Positions 17,013 through 19,299 of a stretch of 19,299 nucleotides of DNA are shown piece after piece. Positions within the stretch are counted from its first letter, which is position 1, and every line of letters starts with the position of its first letter. The position numbers and the translations under genes are program-made. The DNA comes from Candidatus Methylomirabilia bacterium. GTDB lineage: Bacteria; Methylomirabilota; Methylomirabilia; Rokubacteriales; CSP1-6. The DNA lies in assembly GCA_041496385.1 (NCBI GenBank), contig JBGQEL010000082.1, positions 1 to 19,299 on the forward strand, in the 5' to 3' direction. Below the pieces are notes generated by a model that saw nothing but the letters and a program-made list of their open reading frames with translations, was not told the DNA's origin and made no database searches.

Positions 17013-18128
17013 TCAGCGCGCGGCGAGCCCCGCCTTCAAGGCACCGACGCGCGCGAGCGCGCTCTGCACGCGCTCGGCGTCGAGCCGGCCGCGCGCGAGG
17101 CGGCGGCGCAGCGCGGCGAGCGCTGCCTGGGCGGCCGAGCGCCCGTCGGGCAGCCGGTCGTCGGCGATCAGGAGAACGTCGGCGCCCGCCGCCAGCGCCG
17201 CCACCGCCGCGCGCTCGAGGCCGTACTGGGCCTGGATCGCGCCCATGCGGAGGTCGTCCGTGACCACCGGGCCCTCGTAACCCAGCTCGCCGCGCAGGAG
17301 CCCGGTGATCGTCGGGCGCGAGAGCGTCGCCGGGACGCGGTCGTCGAGCGCCCGGTTGAAGACGTGGGCGGTCATGATGCTGTCGGCCATCCCCTCGGCG
17401 ATCAGCGCGCGGTAGGGGAGCAGCTCGGTGTCCGGGTTCGCGGTGGCCGTCACGTCCACGAAGCCCTGGTGCGAGTCGGCGTAGCTCGAGCCGTGGCCCG
17501 GGAAGTGCTTGAGCGCCGTGAGCACGCCCTCCGCGCGCATGCCGCGGACGAACGCGCGCGCGTGCGCCGTGACGAGCAGCGGATCCGCGCCGAAGCTCCG
17601 CGCGGCCCCGACGATGACCGTGTTCGCGGGGTTGTAGCCCACGTCCACGACCGGCGCCAGGTCCCAGTTGATCCCCGTCGCGCGGAGCGTGCGCGCGATG
17701 CGGCGCGCCTCGAGCTCGGTGAGCGTGAAGTCGTTGCTCTCGCCCAGCTCCTGGGCGGAGAGCGTCGGCGTGAAGCCGGCGCCCGGCCCCAGGCGCATGA
17801 CCTGGCCGCCCTCGGCGTCCACCGCGACGAGGAGCGGCCGGCCCGTGCAGGCACGCGCGCGCGCCTGCATCGCGGCGGTGAGCCGCTCGAGCTGCGCCGC
17901 GTCCACGATGTTGCGCGCGAAGAGGATGACACCGCCCACGCGCGCCCCGCAGAGCAGCGCCTCGAGCTCTGCGTTGCCCTCGAGCCGGGTGCCGTGGAAG
18001 CCCACCAGCAGGAGCTGGCCCAGCTCGGGCTCGAGGGCGGCGAGGCGTGCGGGGTCCAGCGGGACAGCGGTCCGACAGCCGGCGACCAGGGCGAGCGCGA
18101 GGAGGCTAGCGGCGGCGCGCCGCCGCAA
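17013..18128 (-). CDS. glycoside hydrolase family 3 (beta-N-acetylhexosaminidase NagZ-like) lipoprotein
   Basis: Lipobox LVAG-C; GGVILFARN, AVDAEGG.V.RL, APVVD, RSFG, KHFPGHG, DSH, IMTAH, TDDL.MGA. TTG start. Confidence 0.9.
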   Translation of the reverse strand: MRRRAAASLLALALVAGCRTAVPLDPARLAALEPELGQLLLVGFHGTRLEGNAELEALLCGARVGGVILFARNIVDAAQLERLTAAMQARARACTGRPLLVAVDAEGGQVMRLGPGAGFTPTLSAQELGESNDFTLTELEARRIARTLRATGINWDLAPVVDVGYNPANTVIVGAARSFGADPLLVTAHARAFVRGMRAEGVLTALKHFPGHGSSYADSHQGFVDVTATANPDTELLPYRALIAEGMADSIMTAHVFNRALDDRVPATLSRPTITGLLRGELGYEGPVVTDDLRMGAIQAQYGLERAAVAALAAGADVLLIADDRLPDGRSAAQAALAALRRRLARGRLDAERVQSALARVGALKAGLAAR

Positions 18129-18888
18129 CGAGCTTCTCCACGCGCGCCGGGTCGACCGGCTCGCGCACGTCGCCCCGGCGCTTCACGGAGGTCCCCACGA
18201 TGACGCCGTCGGCCAACGTGAGGAGATCGGCCACGGTCTCGGGCGTCACCCCGCTGCCGACGAGGAGGGGCACGTCGGGGACCGCGACGCGGACGCGCTT
18301 GATGTCGGCGACGGGCGTCGGCTGGCCCGTCGCGGCGCCCGAGACGACGAGTGCGTCGGCAAGCCCCCGGTGGACGAGGTCGCGCGCGGTCTGCTCGAGC
18401 TCGACGGGCACGAGCGGCACGGCGTGCTTGCCGCCGACGTCGGCGAAGATCCGGACGTCGGCGCCGAGGAGCCGCCGGTCGCGCAGCGTGTGGTAGGAAT
18501 CGGTCTGGAGAATTCCCTGGTCGCCGACGACGGCGCCGGCGTGGACGTTGACGCGGATGAACCGCCCGCCGACGGCGGCGGCGACCGCCAGCGCCGAGCG
18601 CGCGTCGTTCTTCAGCACGTTGACGCCGAGCGGCGCCGCCGGGAACGCGCGGCGGAGCTCGGCCGCGATCGCGCTCATCGCGGCGACCGTCGCGGCCTCC
18701 ACGCGGCCCGTCGTGAAGGGCGCGTCGCCCCAGTTCTCGATCAGGAGCGCGTCGATCCCGCCCTCGAGCAGCGCGCGGGCGTCGGCGAGCGCGGCGGCTG
18801 TGGCGCGCTCCATGGAGCCGTCCCAGCGCGGGCTGCCCGGGAGCGGCGGCAGGTGGACCATGCCGGTGAGCGTGCGCGCGAGCTTCAC
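18106..18888 (-). CDS. BtpA/SgcQ family protein
   Basis: GMVHLPPLPGSP, GG.DALLIENWGDAPF, GVNVLKND, FIRVN, KH, ADALVVSG.ATG, LVGSGVT, DGVIVGTS.K. GTG 18888. Confidence 0.92.
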   Translation of the reverse strand: MKLARTLTGMVHLPPLPGSPRWDGSMERATAAALADARALLEGGIDALLIENWGDAPFTTGRVEAATVAAMSAIAAELRRAFPAAPLGVNVLKNDARSALAVAAAVGGRFIRVNVHAGAVVGDQGILQTDSYHTLRDRRLLGADVRIFADVGGKHAVPLVPVELEQTARDLVHRGLADALVVSGAATGQPTPVADIKRVRVAVPDVPLLVGSGVTPETVADLLTLADGVIVGTSVKRRGDVREPVDPARVEKLVAAARRR

Positions 18889-18895
18889 GGAAAGG

Positions 18896-18905
18896 AGCGT
18901 AGCAT
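18896..18905. promoter_or_regulatory. overlapping divergent -10 hexamers
   Basis: AGCGTAGCAT: TACGCT (-) lies 7 nt before GTG 18888 and TAGCAT (+) lies 7 nt before ATG 18913. Confidence 0.45.
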
Positions 18906-18912
18906 GGCCGCG

Positions 18913-19299
18913 ATGGAGATCGAGCTCAGGGAAGCGGGCGCCGGCGACCGGCCGGTCCTGCGCCGGCTCATGCAGCTCTATCTGTACGACTTCGCCGCGA
19001 TCGACGGCTGGGACATCGCCGACGACGCGCAGTACGGCAACGCGGCCAGGATCGAGGGGTTCTGGACCGAGTCCAAACGGCGCTCGTTCCTCGTACACGT
19101 CGACGGCCGTCTCGCCGGGTTCGCGCTGGTCCGCGACGGGGCGTACTTCGCGGGCGAGGGGACGCACGAGATCAGCGAATTCTTCGTGCTGCGCCGCTAC
19201 CGGCGCCAAGGAGTCGGCGCGCGGGTGGCCGCGCGCGTCTTCGACCTGCACCGCGGCCGGTGGGAGGTGAACGAGCTGGCGAGCAACGTCGAGGCCCAG
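18913..19299 (+). CDS. GNAT N-acetyltransferase (partial, runs off the window)
   Basis: Manual translation MEIELREAGAGDRPVLRRLMQLYLYDF...VDGRLAGFALV...ISEFFVLRRYRRQGVG...GRWEV includes the acetyl-CoA motif RRQGVG. Alternative start ATG 18904 with SD AAGGAG. Confidence 0.88.
   Translation, partial: MEIELREAGAGDRPVLRRLMQLYLYDFAAIDGWDIADDAQYGNAARIEGFWTESKRRSFLVHVDGRLAGFALVRDGAYFAGEGTHEISEFFVLRRYRRQGVGARVAARVFDLHRGRWEVNELASNVEAQ

Overview
High-GC bacterial window of metabolic and transport genes; the gene mix resembles Candidatus Rokubacteria/Methylomirabilota, but that is inference only. Left to right: Uma2 nuclease, M20 amidohydrolase and SSAT-like GNAT (+). Next is a long minus-strand block, in transcription order: small lipoprotein, SDR, RidA-like protein, benzoate/2-aminobenzoate-CoA ligase, OYE flavin oxidoreductase, MerB-like lyase, tautomerase, gluconolactonase and a Liv-type ABC transporter. 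After it come a CoA-transferase-like gene (+), a small Rdx/SelW gene (-), nucleoside hydrolase and ribokinase (+), NagZ-like GH3 lipoprotein and BtpA (-), and a partial GNAT (+). The main result is two genes broken by an in-frame TGA that the ORF track treats as stops; both look like selenoproteins with SECIS-like hairpins. One is an organomercurial-lyase (MerB) homologue with UGA exactly at the position of catalytic Cys159, placed in an aromatic-CoA operon without other mer genes. The other is a CxxU Rdx/SelW protein. Several enzymes also appear to lack canonical catalytic residues.
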